Shown piece after piece: positions 41,297 to 53,725 of a stretch of DNA of 64,000 nt. Location: assembly GCF_006345805.1 (NCBI RefSeq), contig NC_043000.1:51398001-51462000 (forward strand), read 5' to 3'. The position numbers and the translations under genes were made by a program. Origin of the DNA: Octopus sinensis. Lineage: Eukaryota. The notes beneath the pieces are model-generated. The model was not told where the DNA came from. It did not search any database and saw only the letters and a list, made by a program, of their open reading frames with translations. Within the stretch, counting starts at the first letter, position 1. Every line of letters begins with the position of its first letter.

Positions 41297-41561
41297 AAAA
41301 CAAAATTATCTTTTGAATAAAAAATATCAGACCTATCTTATCTTTCCTTCTTTCCTTTGCAAAGCTGGTTCTATATTTCTTATTATTTGATTGTGTAAAT
41401 GTGTGGATATATGTGTGTGTGTATGTTCACTTGCATCTTTCTATTTCCTGTGTCAACATGGCTTTATACTTCTTAGCGCTTGATTGAATAAATGTATGAA
41501 TGTGTATAAATATTGTACATCTTGCGTTTGAATACTGAGTGTGTGTGTGTGTGTATACAAG

Positions 41562-41597
<36 letters not shown>

Positions 41598-41616
41598 ATA
41601 TATATGCATTTTATTT

Positions 41617-41763
41617 ATATATCTTTTATTAAGTAGGTGATGCCTTGAAACTGTGCAATTGTTTCAATACATTCTTGTCATCCTTCAAAGATCAAAGAAT
41701 TAAAAGAACATATTGAAATCATTGTACAGTTGTGAAGGAATGCCTGATTAATGAAAGAAATAT
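41617..41763. repeat. Diverged ~60 bp-arm inverted repeat next to (TA)n
   Basis: 41617-41676 vs reverse complement of 41704-41763 (aactgt.caat..tttcaata..ttctt). Confidence 0.7.
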
Positions 41764-42249
41764 TGACTCTGCATCTAAACACATTGAGTACTTTCTTCAT
41801 TTGTGTTCTAATCAATCCATTATTGGGGCACATGGATGTATTTGAACTATTTGTTTCATTGATTACAATTCTAATATAAAGTTTTTTTTAAATTATATGC
41901 ATATAAAAATGATAAAAACATTATAGGTATCTACATGTACAATTATATGTATACATGCAACATGTAAATGCATGTGTGTATGAGGAATTTCCATTTTATA
42001 GTGTTTTTTTTTTTTACATCACAACTAACTACTAAACTCCTCTGACATTTTGTTTGTAATAGATAAATTTGTACCACATATGATTATTTTAAATCAACAT
42101 TTAGCAAGAGAGTAAGCATAGTTCTGAGCTAATCAGTCAAATAAAACACATCAAGCCCTAATTAAGACACTCTCTTGACTTTATAATTCTAAAATTTTTT
42201 TCAACAAGACTAGAAATATGCTTAGTTGACTCATTATTTTATTGTATAT

Positions 42250-42312
42250 TATTCTTTTACTCTTTTACTTGTTTCAGTCATTTGACTGTGGCCATGTTGG
42301 AGCACTGCCTTG
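42250..42312 (-). mobile_element. SINE family B 3' tail fragment
   Basis: cttttacttgtttcagtcatttgactgtggccatgttggagcactgcctt. Confidence 0.8.
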
Positions 42313-42935
42313 CATAGTTTTTCTTGATTCCCTAAATTTGTCTAAATCAAAAGAAGAATGGCAAATGTCTACTATTCAAGAATTAGTTTTGGTTCCATTT
42401 TAAATTACATTTTCAGGCAATCATGTTGGATTGGTGTTTTAGCAGTTGCCTACCCTAGTTAGTACTAACTATATGACAAGGTAGGGTTAGAGTTCTAACT
42501 CATGACTTCATGGCCAGTATTTAGAACCTTAAACATCTCAATTATTGCTTATCATTTGCTTTAGTGTTGCTATTCTGCCTCAACAATTTTGCCCACTCAT
42601 GTTCTATTCCTAAATTGTAAATCAACTTACAATAGAAAAATGAAATTCTTTCAAAAGTCACATCAACAGAGACATTAAAACTATGTATTATATACTAATT
42701 TTTATTTTCTCAGAACTGATAGATGCTACATATCTCTGATGTTTCATATTTTTGCTCATGTTCTTTATAGACTTTAATTTATAGTGAATATTATTGATAT
42801 TTGCTTCAAGGTATGCATATTTTTGGATATAGCTTCATGTAATCTATGAGTGGCAAAGCTAAATCTCATCACCATCAGCAAACATTTCTTGATGCAAATA
42901 TTTATAGATATACACATACATATACAGTCATAAAC

Positions 42936-42968
<33 letters not shown>

Positions 42969-44509
42969 ATATACACTAATCATAAATACATAGTACCAAT
43001 AGGTAATGTATATCTATCTATCTATATGCATATGTAAGCAGATATGTATATATTTGTGTGCTAGCATATATGTTTGTTTGTGTATGTAAGCTGATTTAGT
43101 TACATACTTGACTAAGAAAGGGTTTCGATATACTTATATACCTATGTTCACTTCAATCAGAGCATTATGTCTTGTAGTACTTTGTTTCATCTAACTTTCA
43201 CACACAACCCCTCCAACAAGTAGCTTCTGATGAACAACAAATTATGACATGGGCCGCTTATTCGTGTCAGACTGTGTATTCTTCTGCTTTTCTGCTTTGG
43301 TATGAAAAAATGTAACTAAAGAAACAGAATAAAAAGAACTATTTATTCCTTTTATTTCCATGAAGATAATCAGATGAAAGCCAATTTCTTCTGTGTTTGT
43401 GTCTGTTTCACCTCACACTGTTATTGTCTCTGCTTCTGTTTTCCACCGGTATTATTATATGATACACAAAACAGATAAATTCATAAATAGAATGTTTGCT
43501 ATCTCTTTATATTAGTATGTGTTTGTATTTATTTATTTGTGTGTGTGCATGCGTATGTGTGTGTGTGTGTGTCCATGTGTGCATTTGTAGAAAAGATAAT
43601 AATGATAATATACTCATGAAATTTGATTTGAGAATAGAAACATGGAAGGAAAAAGAATACATGCAAATGAAAAGTAAAAAAAAAACACAGATAACTGGGG
43701 ACCCCACCCCACTCTACACACACAAAAGCTGACATCTGAAGGAAATTGATAATATTTGTATCGATGAGGCATGTAGTGTGATACTGTTTCAATTCCTTAT
43801 TGAAACCACTGTTATGTCTAATTCTCTTATAAAAAGCCTGAATGTCCCAATTTTACATATTCTCTCCCTTATAAAGCTTATAAAGACTGTTATATCATTG
43901 TAAGAAATCAATAATATTTACTCAGCTATTTTTCCAAATGTACTCTTTCTCTGCTTTACACACTTTTTTCTTTTGATTTCTCACATAAGATGTTTTTTTT
44001 TTATCATTTTCACACACACACACACATACTCTACTCACACAACGAAGTGGTTTTGTACAGATTTGCTTCACTTTTGACATATGCTTTTTTTGTTCGTCTT
44101 ATTGTTCTTAGTTTTCTGTTACATTTTCTGGGGTGCATGGAAGGATGTGAGAGGCGAGTGTTTGTTTGTTCCATAACTGTCAATTAGTTCCATTGTTTGT
44201 GTTGTAATATGTTTGTGAGAAAAAAGATATCAATGTATTCTTATGAATTGAAAAACCCCAATTCAATTGCTTTTCACTAGTGAACTCAGTTTCTTCATCT
44301 ATATTAAGAAGTCCTTCACTTATGCTCCCTGGTTTCTTTGATGGTACTCATTAACATCTTTCCTCTTCATTCTCCATTACCTAATCATTTATTTTTTAAA
44401 TCTTCTTACTTTACTACATTATGAACTCTTCAGAAATTTTGGTCATAATTATATTGTATCTAAATGTAATCCTTCTGGCAGATTCCTAAACTACTGACTA
44501 TTTTATAGT

Positions 44510-44897
44510 GGTGCAAGCACTCCGTCGGTTACGACGATGAGGGTTCCGGTTGATCCGAATCAACAGAACAGCCTGCTCGTGAAATTAACGTGTAAGTGGC
44601 TGAGCACTCCACGGACACGTGTACCCTTAACGTAGTTCTCGGGGATATTCAGTGTGACACAGAGAGTGACAAGGCCGGCCCTTTGAAATACAGGTACAAC
44701 AGAAACAGGAAGTAAGAGTGAGAGAAAGTTGTGGTGAAAGAGTACAGCAGGGATCACCACCATCCCCTACCGGAGCCTCGTGGAGCTTTTAGGTGTTTTC
44801 ACTCAATAAACACTCACAACGCCCGGTCTGGGAATCAAAACCGCGATCCTATGACCGCGAGTCCGCTGCCCTAACCACTGGGCCATTGCGCCTCCAC
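44510..44897 (-). mobile_element. tRNA-derived SINE family D, full length with target-site duplication
   Basis: Minus strand head GTGGAGGCGCAATGGCCCAGTGGTTAGGGCAGCGGACTCGCGGTC..GGTTTTGATTCC (A and B boxes). ACTATTTTATAGT at 44497-44509 and 44896-44908. CpG-rich. Confidence 0.9.
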
Positions 44898-44946
44898 TAT
44901 TTTATAGTAATCACCATTATAATTATCATTATGTCATATCTGGATA

Positions 44947-45165
44947 AGGCAGTGAGCTGGCAGAATCATTAGTGCACCAGGCAAAATGCTTAGTGGCATT
45001 TCTTCTTTCTTTACGTTCTGAGTTCAAATCCCGCTGTAGTCAACTTTGCCTTTCATCCTTCTGGAGTTGATAAAATAAGTACCAGTTGAGCACTGGGGTT
45101 GGTGCAATTGACTTACCCTTCCCTCAAAATTGCTGGCCTTGTGCCAAAATTTCAAACCATTATGC
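44947..45165 (+). mobile_element. SINE family A, full length
   Basis: ggcagtgagctggcagaatcattag..ttctgagttcaaatccc..ctttgcctttcatcctt..ataagtaccagttgagcactgggg. Confidence 0.9.
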
Positions 45166-47149
45166 CAAATCCGGTTTCCATTCTTGCAATGTGAAGCAAA
45201 ACATTTTATGATCCAACTATGCAAGTTCTTGCAATGTTTTGCCTGGTCTTCCATTTTATCTTTGTGATCCTGTATTCAAGAGAACTATTATTTTTTAAGA
45301 TTGGTAATCAGTTTAAGAGGGATACAATCCAGACATTCTGCAAATTACTTTAATCACTTCCAAAAGTAATTTGTTAAAGCTATGAATTTTTTTTCATTTA
45401 TGCTTTTCTAATTCCAACTCTTTCATTAGATACTAAACATAGTCTTTTTGAAATATATATTTCCCCCGTCATGTTTTTATACTTATCATATGTTAATTTA
45501 TTATTGAAACTATTGGTGTATATGCATATGCTTTGTTATGCATGAATACATTTGCATGTGTATGAATATGGAGAGTGATCTATAATGAAAGAATCAATAT
45601 CAAATTTCCACGAAGTTAATAGAAAACATGGTGCTTAAATAAGTGACTGTTTGTTGAGTAAAAAAGTTGGATATTACTACATTTCTCGTAGACAAATATA
45701 GTAGTTGTTATACTACTAGTCTGTTTTCTCTTCTCACTTTTGTAGTTTTTCTTGTTTTCTTTCATATCTTTTTATCTGTTTGTGTGTGTGTGTGGTGTGT
45801 GTGTGTGTGATTGCCAACACCATATGTCTGATTAATTTGAATTTCCTAAACAAAACAGCAGTACCTACCTAGTATTGTTGCTGCTATTACTACTTCTGTT
45901 ACAAGCTCAAAACAGAATATATCTTTAGATCTGATCAAGATTTTAAAATAATAGAGTAGCATAACATATGAAAAAGTATTCCCTTTGTTAATTATTGAAG
46001 AAATACATCTGTTGCACATTAGAAAGTAAAAAAATTAAACATGTGAGAAAAAAAAACACCAACTGCTATCATTTTATAAGTTTGTTTCAATTCATTATTC
46101 AATTTCTCAGTGAAATATGCATTTTGGAATGCATTAGTAAAAGCTTTCAGATATCAGTCTTCCCTTTTCATGCATGTCTCTTCATTTGGAGCTGTTTAGT
46201 TGAAATATAATTGATTCTTGTAATTCTTTTAAAGCAAGTGACAAATTAATTTCTAATAATTATGGAAAATTTATTTCAAGTACAGAATCGAACATTTTCC
46301 ATAGCATGATATAAAACTCTTTCTCAATTTACAAATTTGTAATTCTTATAAATGTATGTTTATTTTATTTTATTTTATTGTATTTTTTAAAAACTTTTTC
46401 CTTCATTATTCCGACTTGAATAATGTTCCTCTTTTTACAACAATAACAATAACAAAAAATATTACAAACGTGTACATGTGCATTTGTATATGAGCGTGCT
46501 GGTTTCATAATCAAGCAGATTCTGTTGTTTGTTGGAATAAGTTTTAAATCAATAGGTTTTATCGGCATGTGAATATGCTTTGATGTATGAGAATACATGT
46601 ATATTTGTATCTATGTGTGTTTGTATGCAAGAAATATGTATGTGTGAATGTATGCATGTTTACATGTATATGCTGTCAATTACATGCAGATTATAGTGCT
46701 AAATATCATTAATATTGCTTTCACCTTCATTGTCTTGTGCATTACCTTACATATATTACCATATATGTTTCCACAGGCACTTTCATGAAAGACTGAGCAT
46801 ATAAAAGCATATAAGCATCATACTCTGCATCAGGTTTTGATATAGCTTACTTATTCCTAGTGTTAACATAAATTCTCCTTGAGAGTATTGAATTACTTCA
46901 TTTGAAGTCTTCCCTGACTTACCTGTACATACATTGTTCTCTGTTTTCAACAAAAAAACACATTTTCATATAGTATAATGTTGTGTCCAGTGGTAATCTA
47001 TGTAGTCACTGTCAGCATAGTAACGGAATATCAAATTAAGTCACACAAAAATCAAGGGAAACAAAAATCAAAAGCAGCAACAAGAACAAGATGTAGTGTT
47101 AATACAATACTTTGGGAAGAAAGAAGATTGGTGGCCCCTTGTCAAAAGC

Positions 47150-48130
47150 AGAAAAATAAAGAAAAAGTATGTTAAATAAGAAAAACGGTGTTTGATTTTA
47201 TTAAGGTAGCATGGTGAATGCCTGAATAGAAATAGGTATAGTGGAAGTGTGTAAAATGGTGTTTTGTATCCAAAAAGGTTGTGGTAGATTGGCAAGATAA
47301 GCACAGGAGTGAGTATGGCTGTGTGTGAATATGTTACGTAAGTCAGTAGGGAAATCTGTGTGAGCATGTTTTATAGGTGTGTGTGTGTATATGTATGCAT
47401 TGTGGGAACAGATTTAGTGTCCTGCTGGTCAGTGAAGAGAACATAATACTGTGTGTGAAGGATGGGTAGCACAGCATGTGTGTAAGTGAAGCTGAGCATA
47501 GGTGTTCCTTTAGAAGAAGAAGACAGTATACTTTGAGAATGGCAACTTAATTAATAGTCTCAACTTGCTTAGCCATATTTAATTAAAAGATTAATTGTTG
47601 TTTGATGTTCTTGGAGGTTAGTGGTGTGGAAGGATGAGATAGATATGTGTAAGGTAATGATGTTCTGCTGTAGTGAGAGTAGGACCAAGCAAAAGATTCA
47701 GATTAGGTGTGGCAATGGTAGGGGCCAAGGGGAAAAGAGAAAATGACGATGAGAAAGATGCTGTGGTTGGAGTTCTGAATGCGTATGAAAAGGGCTACAA
47801 CTAAGAATAGGAAACACTGCTCGAGATATTTAAGAATGAAGTCATTGGAACAGTTTCAAGCAGAAATGATAGAATGACTGAGGTGATGGTTTTGTGATTC
47901 TTGGAATAGAAGCAGATGGTGATGAACACAAGTTGCTGGTTGCAGGTTGTAAATGAGACCATTAGAGGATAATTTATGGTAGCTTGGGAGGCTAAAATGT
48001 TGTTGAAATACTTTAGTCTTACGGAGGTCAGACAATTATACCACCAAAGCATTGTGCTTGTCAACCAGTTTGATGAAAGTGTCACACTGAAGGTGGAAGA
48101 TGCGCAGAGATCAGTCTTGGAGGTGTTAAG
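47150..48130 (-). mobile_element. Possible highly decayed LINE (CR1/L2/Jockey-like) fragment
   Basis: Purine-rich, higher-GC block; only short RT-like pieces such as NDFILKYLE are readable. Confidence 0.3.
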
Positions 48131-48167
48131 GTATCTTAAATGCTTTTAAAATTTGGAGCTGTTCACA

Positions 48168-48318
48168 AAATAGTGGTCTTTTGCTTAGCGTAAAGTTCTC
48201 TTAATGATGCTGCCATGGAATTAATCAAATGTTCTTTTGGTAGCATATAAAGTGAAAAATAAATCCTGGAAACATACTTAAGAATATAATTTAAAAACAA
48301 ACAAAACATTACTTGAAA

Positions 48319-48352
<34 letters not shown>

Positions 48353-48366
48353 TTTCAAGTAATGTT

Positions 48367-48397
<31 letters not shown>

Positions 48398-48554
48398 GCT
48401 TTCAAGTAATGTTTATATATATATACATATATATATGCTTTCAAGTAATGTTTTGTTTGTTTTTAAATTATATTCTTAAGTATGTTTCCAGGATTTATTT
48501 TTCACTTTATATATATAACAAAACTCTATGTCGCCTAAGTAAGGACCATTATTT
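48168..48554. repeat. Palindrome with perfect 76-bp inner arms, (AT)n core and diverged outer arms
   Basis: 48245-48320 is the exact reverse complement of 48437-48512; outer arms 48168-48197 and 48522-48554 are diverged. Confidence 0.9.
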
Positions 48555-49359
48555 AGAATTTCTTTTTCATCCTTCTTTTGACAGTCATTTGTAATCAGCA
48601 ATTCTAAAGCTATAATTTCATTCTAATCCAATTATAAGCCAAAATTTTGATGTGCAAAATTAATATCAGATAATTTATTTAATTCTTACAATTGATCATT
48701 ATCTCAGTCTGGAAATATGTTCATCTTTCTCTTCTGTTCATGCGAATAATTTGCATGAGTAGAAGCCTTATGATAGTAACAAGTTTCAGTACATTTTATT
48801 TCAAGTGCAGCTACACATTTCAGCTTTTTTACTATTTCTTTGCAGAATGTATTGTATGTAAAAGGCAAGTAGAGTAAAAGCATGACTAGAAAACACCCTT
48901 AAATAGCTGATGTTCACAAAGAGAATAAAAAATGCTAAAATTAACAAGTGTATGGTAATTTATCAAGCATAAAAATTTTAGCAGTCCCAATAAAAGAAGA
49001 TAAAAATATGAATTTTGACTATGGTGACTAAAACATTTTGGTACTGTCCATTCATAGTACAAAGCTCGCTTCGAATAAGCAAGTTAGCAATAAAAAGTAA
49101 ATTCAACTTCTATTCTTTCATAAAAACAAAATGTGTTTCATCACCTTATATATTTTATGTTCAATGTGGTGTACATTCATTTGCATATATTTCTCAAGTG
49201 AACATAATAGATAATTTGCATGAAGTGACAATGTTGTTGTATGTGTATGTATGTGTGTATGTGTGTGAGAGAGAGAGTGGGGTGTGAATATGTTGCTGAA
49301 AGTGTGTGTGCATATTACTCAATTTTGTCAATTTGACAAAGAAGAGCATTATTCATATC

Positions 49360-49600
49360 TTTACTGTCCCTCTGATACTGGATTTGTTGAAGTCAGATTT
49401 CAATTTTCATAGCTGTAGATTGATGGGTTGCTGAAAATACTGAAAATATGTGATGAGGAAAAGAGTTCCAATGAGTTGCCAGCTGTAAGAAAAATTATAT
49501 AAAAATGCTTAGTGGAAGGTTTTGAAGAAGAGACATAATAAGTTGATGGAAGGAAAGTAAATGGGAGCCTTAAATGGTTTAGATGGAGGCAGCATAGAAC
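49360..49600 (-). mobile_element. Possible decayed LINE C-terminal fragment
   Basis: Minus strand HWNSFPHHIF resembles the LWNSLP motif at the end of CR1/L2/Jockey ORF2. Confidence 0.35.
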
Positions 49601-51779
49601 TTATCAGGTACATGTGTGTGTATATATATGTATGAGTATATATATATGTGTGTGTGTCTATGTGTGTGCACATGTGTTTCATTTGTAGCTGATTCCATTT
49701 ATGTATTTTAGAAATTCAGTAAGTGTTGATTTTATTTTTATACAAAATGTAGTTATAAATTTAGTTATATTTTATGGTATGTGATAGCACTAGTATATCA
49801 GAAGGTAGTGGCACAAATAGTGATAGCAGTCGTTTATCCAATATGTCACTAGAGCATCAATAGAAAACATTATCTTCATGTATGAGGCAAGATAGCTTAT
49901 CATAGATTAGTAAAGCCTATACCGTTCCAATAATAACTATAGAATTGTTTCATCTCAACACTGCAAACTAATGAAGCAATAATATATTAAACTTTATTGC
50001 ACTTCCCTAAGGTAGCTACATACATTTCAATGGACTGAGTATAATATGCTGGGAATTAAGTGTATTCACATTATATCATAGTTCAATATCAGAAATATGT
50101 GGCTGTCTTCTGCCATAAATTTTCTAATTTATTTTACTGTTTCCACACCCACCCCTGCCGAGTTTCTAAGAGTTTGCTAGGTAATATGATTACCTTCCTT
50201 TAACACAATGAAATGTTAGTGATTATTTTCACAAATATTTTTACTTCTATTTAAACATTTTTTGTAATTGCCATAGATACATAGATAGTTTTGTCTTTAG
50301 AAGTTGTGGTTACTCTGATATCGAAGAAAAGACTACAATTAAAATATTTAATCCAGTGTTTTATGAAAATGTGAGAATTTATACTGCTGTCTTCTTGACA
50401 AAAATGTTTACTTAGCTAAATATACAACTGTTCAGTTGAACATTTATAAATTAAAATTGCATCAGTATAGTTTAATCAAGAATAATTATCAAAGTTGTTT
50501 ACTAAGTTTACATACCTGAAGAATTAACGAAACATAGCAACTTTTAATTAATTGTCTTGCAGTTTATCCCAGATAAACATTCCATCGTGAAAATAATATC
50601 ATGTATGTGAATGACATTAATCATCATATTGCATTGTTGCAACTATTCCCAGCTGTCACAATAGATAAAGGGTTATTGCTATTCTGTGAAAATCTATGGT
50701 TTTTCTATGGCTTCACGCCAGAAAACATGGATGTAAAGCCATTGGTTTTGTATGGGACAAATAAAGGATTTATTATAGCCATTAGAATTCGAGGAAACTT
50801 TTGAAATGCTACAAACTATTGTGCAAATACACTTTAAACAATGAATGATTGGCATTTTACTTTAACGGGTAAATATATAACATTAAACCAGAAGTGTATG
50901 GATATATCAAATTAAATTCTGATATAATTATTTCTTTCACTATTGAATAAGAAATATAGTAATGCAGGATTTATCTATTTTCTCATCTTAAATTTTGCTG
51001 ATCTCATTGATAACCAAAATACCATATCTTGCTTTTACAAACTCAGCTACGTAAAGCTTTGAATTCCCAGTTTATGCAAACACATACTATAAATACACTC
51101 AGCATGAAATCACCAATGGTAACATGTTGTGATGTAGTACTAAAAAGTCATGGGGATTTAATCATGGTTATAAGTAATTAAAGCAATGATTCTTACATGA
51201 GATGCAACTGTGCAGTTAAAATAGACTTTAGATTTATATGTACAGAAACATAAACATTTGTGCTGCACTGGTGTGTCTGCTTGTATAGAATCATGCAAAT
51301 AGATGTATGAAAATATATGAACATACATGCATACATTTATGTATGTATATATTATACTTGTATATAAATATATTGATAAATGTGTTTGTGTGTATATGAT
51401 ACATATCTGCACATGTGTATACATGCACACACACAATAAATTTGTGCTGTGAAGTGCAACACATAATCAATGTTCAGGCACAGTAGTGTGTCCCACACTC
51501 CACTCCTATATCCGGTGCAGTACAAAGTAGGGCATCAAACCATGGGATATGCTGGTGTGCAGAATACAAGCCACATAACAGTATTAATAAAATACAGAAA
51601 ACAAATATTGTATTTTATGCTTTATAATCATGCACACATTTCAGCAAATTAACTGCCAGGATTGCATAATTGCTTGTTGAAAGATTTTATAATCTTATTT
51701 ATTCACCTCCTCAATCTCAACACATACACACATACACTCACACCCACCCACCCATCCATCCATCTTTTCTGCCCTCTAT

Positions 51780-52560
51780 TACTAGCAGGGTCAGTGAGAG
51801 AGTGTCCACAGCCATCTCCTCCATAGAGTCTGCCAGAAGCAACTATCATTACACTTTCTGACTGGGTTTCCAAGCATGACCAACTGAGATGATGGCAGAA
51901 ACGTTAGCACGTTGGGCAAAATGCTTAGCGGTATTTCATCTGCCGCTACATTCTGAGTTTAAATTCCACTGAGGTCGTCTTTGCCTTTCATCCTTTCGGA
52001 GTCGATTAAATAAGTACACTTACGCACTGGGGTCGATATAATCGACTTAATCCGTTTATCTGTCCTTGTTTGTCCTCTCTGTGTTTATCCCCTTGTGGGT
52101 AGTAAAGAAATAGAATATTATCTAATTGTCTCATTCTAGATCTACTCCTAGGTCTACTACCAGTTGACTTTGCCTGAAGAATCTGGCTTGCAATTCTTTT
52201 CTGTGACATTCTAATCCCATGTCTTTAGTACTGAAGTGGTGACCTTCCTGGTCTCTGAGCTACACACCTTGGAGAGTAATATGACTTCAGATACACCTTG
52301 AAGGAACCCTATTTTAGCTGCATGTATTTGTGATTGTAGTCTTTCAGTCATTAGCTCAACATTCATGACCATAGGTGAAGAATAGGCATGAACACTGAAT
52401 TGGCAATAGTGGGTTTGGCTTTGTATCACCCTTTCCTCTTCTGAGGATAAAATTCTGGAGCTGGTTCACTATTGGGCCAGCACCTGCAATTGTAGCATCA
52501 AATCCTGGCCTCTTGCTTCCCATCACTTGTGATTATGGTCCCTGCCTAGTTTACCTTTTG
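51780..52560 (-). mobile_element. RTE-clade LINE 3' fragment interrupted by a SINE
   Basis: MTERLQSQIHAAKIGFLQGV..KVCSSETR and MSQKRIASQILQAKSTGSRPRSRSRMRQLDNI resemble the RTE C-terminus (AAEMxFLRR; GxRPRGRPRxRWxD). Confidence 0.8.
51890..52115 (+). mobile_element. SINE family A (alternative tail) inserted into the RTE fragment
   Basis: tggcagaaacgttagcacg..ttctgagtttaaattcc..ttgcctttcatcctttcggagtcga..ccttgtgggtagtaaagaaatag. Confidence 0.9.
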
Positions 52561-53159
52561 TCCATCTTAGGTTCATAAAAAGAAAACTAGCCAGATTGAT
52601 CTGTTTCACTATTTCTTTAATTTTAAATGCTTAATTGTGGGCTTTAATTACATTTGAATAATTTTTAAGTGATGTAAGGGTATAACAAATGCACTGAAGA
52701 AAGATAATTACAGAGACACAAAATGGAGAGACAAGGATTTGAAAAATAGTTGATACAGAAATAACTAAAAACAAATTGATGCAGAATGGAGTAATTTTGG
52801 TAAAAATGCAATTAAAAGTTTTACTGAAGTATGGAATAATAGACACCATTTTCAACTTCCTGAGATTTGCAGACAATTTCTACATGATCTAGATAAACAG
52901 TAATTTGTCATAGTATAGACATCTGCAAAGTATGACAATGGAAGTATTGATGATAGTGATGATAGTAATGATGATGATGATGATGATGATGCATCTGTTG
53001 GGTGACAGTCTGAAGAAAGTGTACTCAATATAGAGTGCAATAGTTTATTTAATTTTCAGTCCAGTAGCCTATTTCTGTGGAGTTTCCATGGCACACATAG
53101 AAATTAACATTTATATTTATTGTAACATACACATAAATATATCTCTAACTATCTAACTA

Positions 53160-53191
<32 letters not shown>

Positions 53192-53212
53192 TATATATTA
53201 TATATATATATG

Positions 53213-53283
<71 letters not shown>

Positions 53284-53298
53284 GTATATATATATAAT

Positions 53299-53334
<36 letters not shown>

Positions 53335-53355
53335 TGTATATAATATATATATATG

Positions 53356-53386
<31 letters not shown>

Positions 53387-53509
53387 GTATAATATATATA
53401 TGTATATAATATATAATATATAATATATATATATATATATAGTATATATATATAATATATATGTATATATATATATATATATATGTAATATATATATATA
53501 TATATAATG

Positions 53510-53544
<35 letters not shown>

Positions 53545-53569
53545 GTATATATATATACATATATATATG

Positions 53570-53608
<39 letters not shown>

Positions 53609-53618
53609 GTATATGTAT

Positions 53619-53650
<32 letters not shown>

Positions 53651-53725
53651 GTATATGTATAATATATATATATATATATATTATATATTATATATATATA
53701 TTATATATTATATATATATATATAG
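53160..53725. repeat. ~560 bp interrupted (TA)n array
   Basis: Directly visible; source of the IY-only ORFs. Confidence 0.95.

Noticed and set aside
43227-43295. CTGATGA followed by a tgacatg/cgtgtca hairpin
   Set aside because: No GAAA or stem I closure; cannot be called a hammerhead.
44820-44897. tRNA-like sequence (also 56170-56245)
   Set aside because: It is the Pol III head of a SINE, with body and TSD, not a stand-alone tRNA gene.
48198-48260. TTAATGAT-GCTGCCA..TGGTAGC stem resembling a decayed hammerhead
   Set aside because: Two core mismatches and GAAA not adjacent to the stem.
48351-48453. Three 17-bp direct repeats with spacers (CRISPR-like spacing)
   Set aside because: Spacers are (TA)n, the context is eukaryotic, and the repeats are stutters of a palindrome arm.
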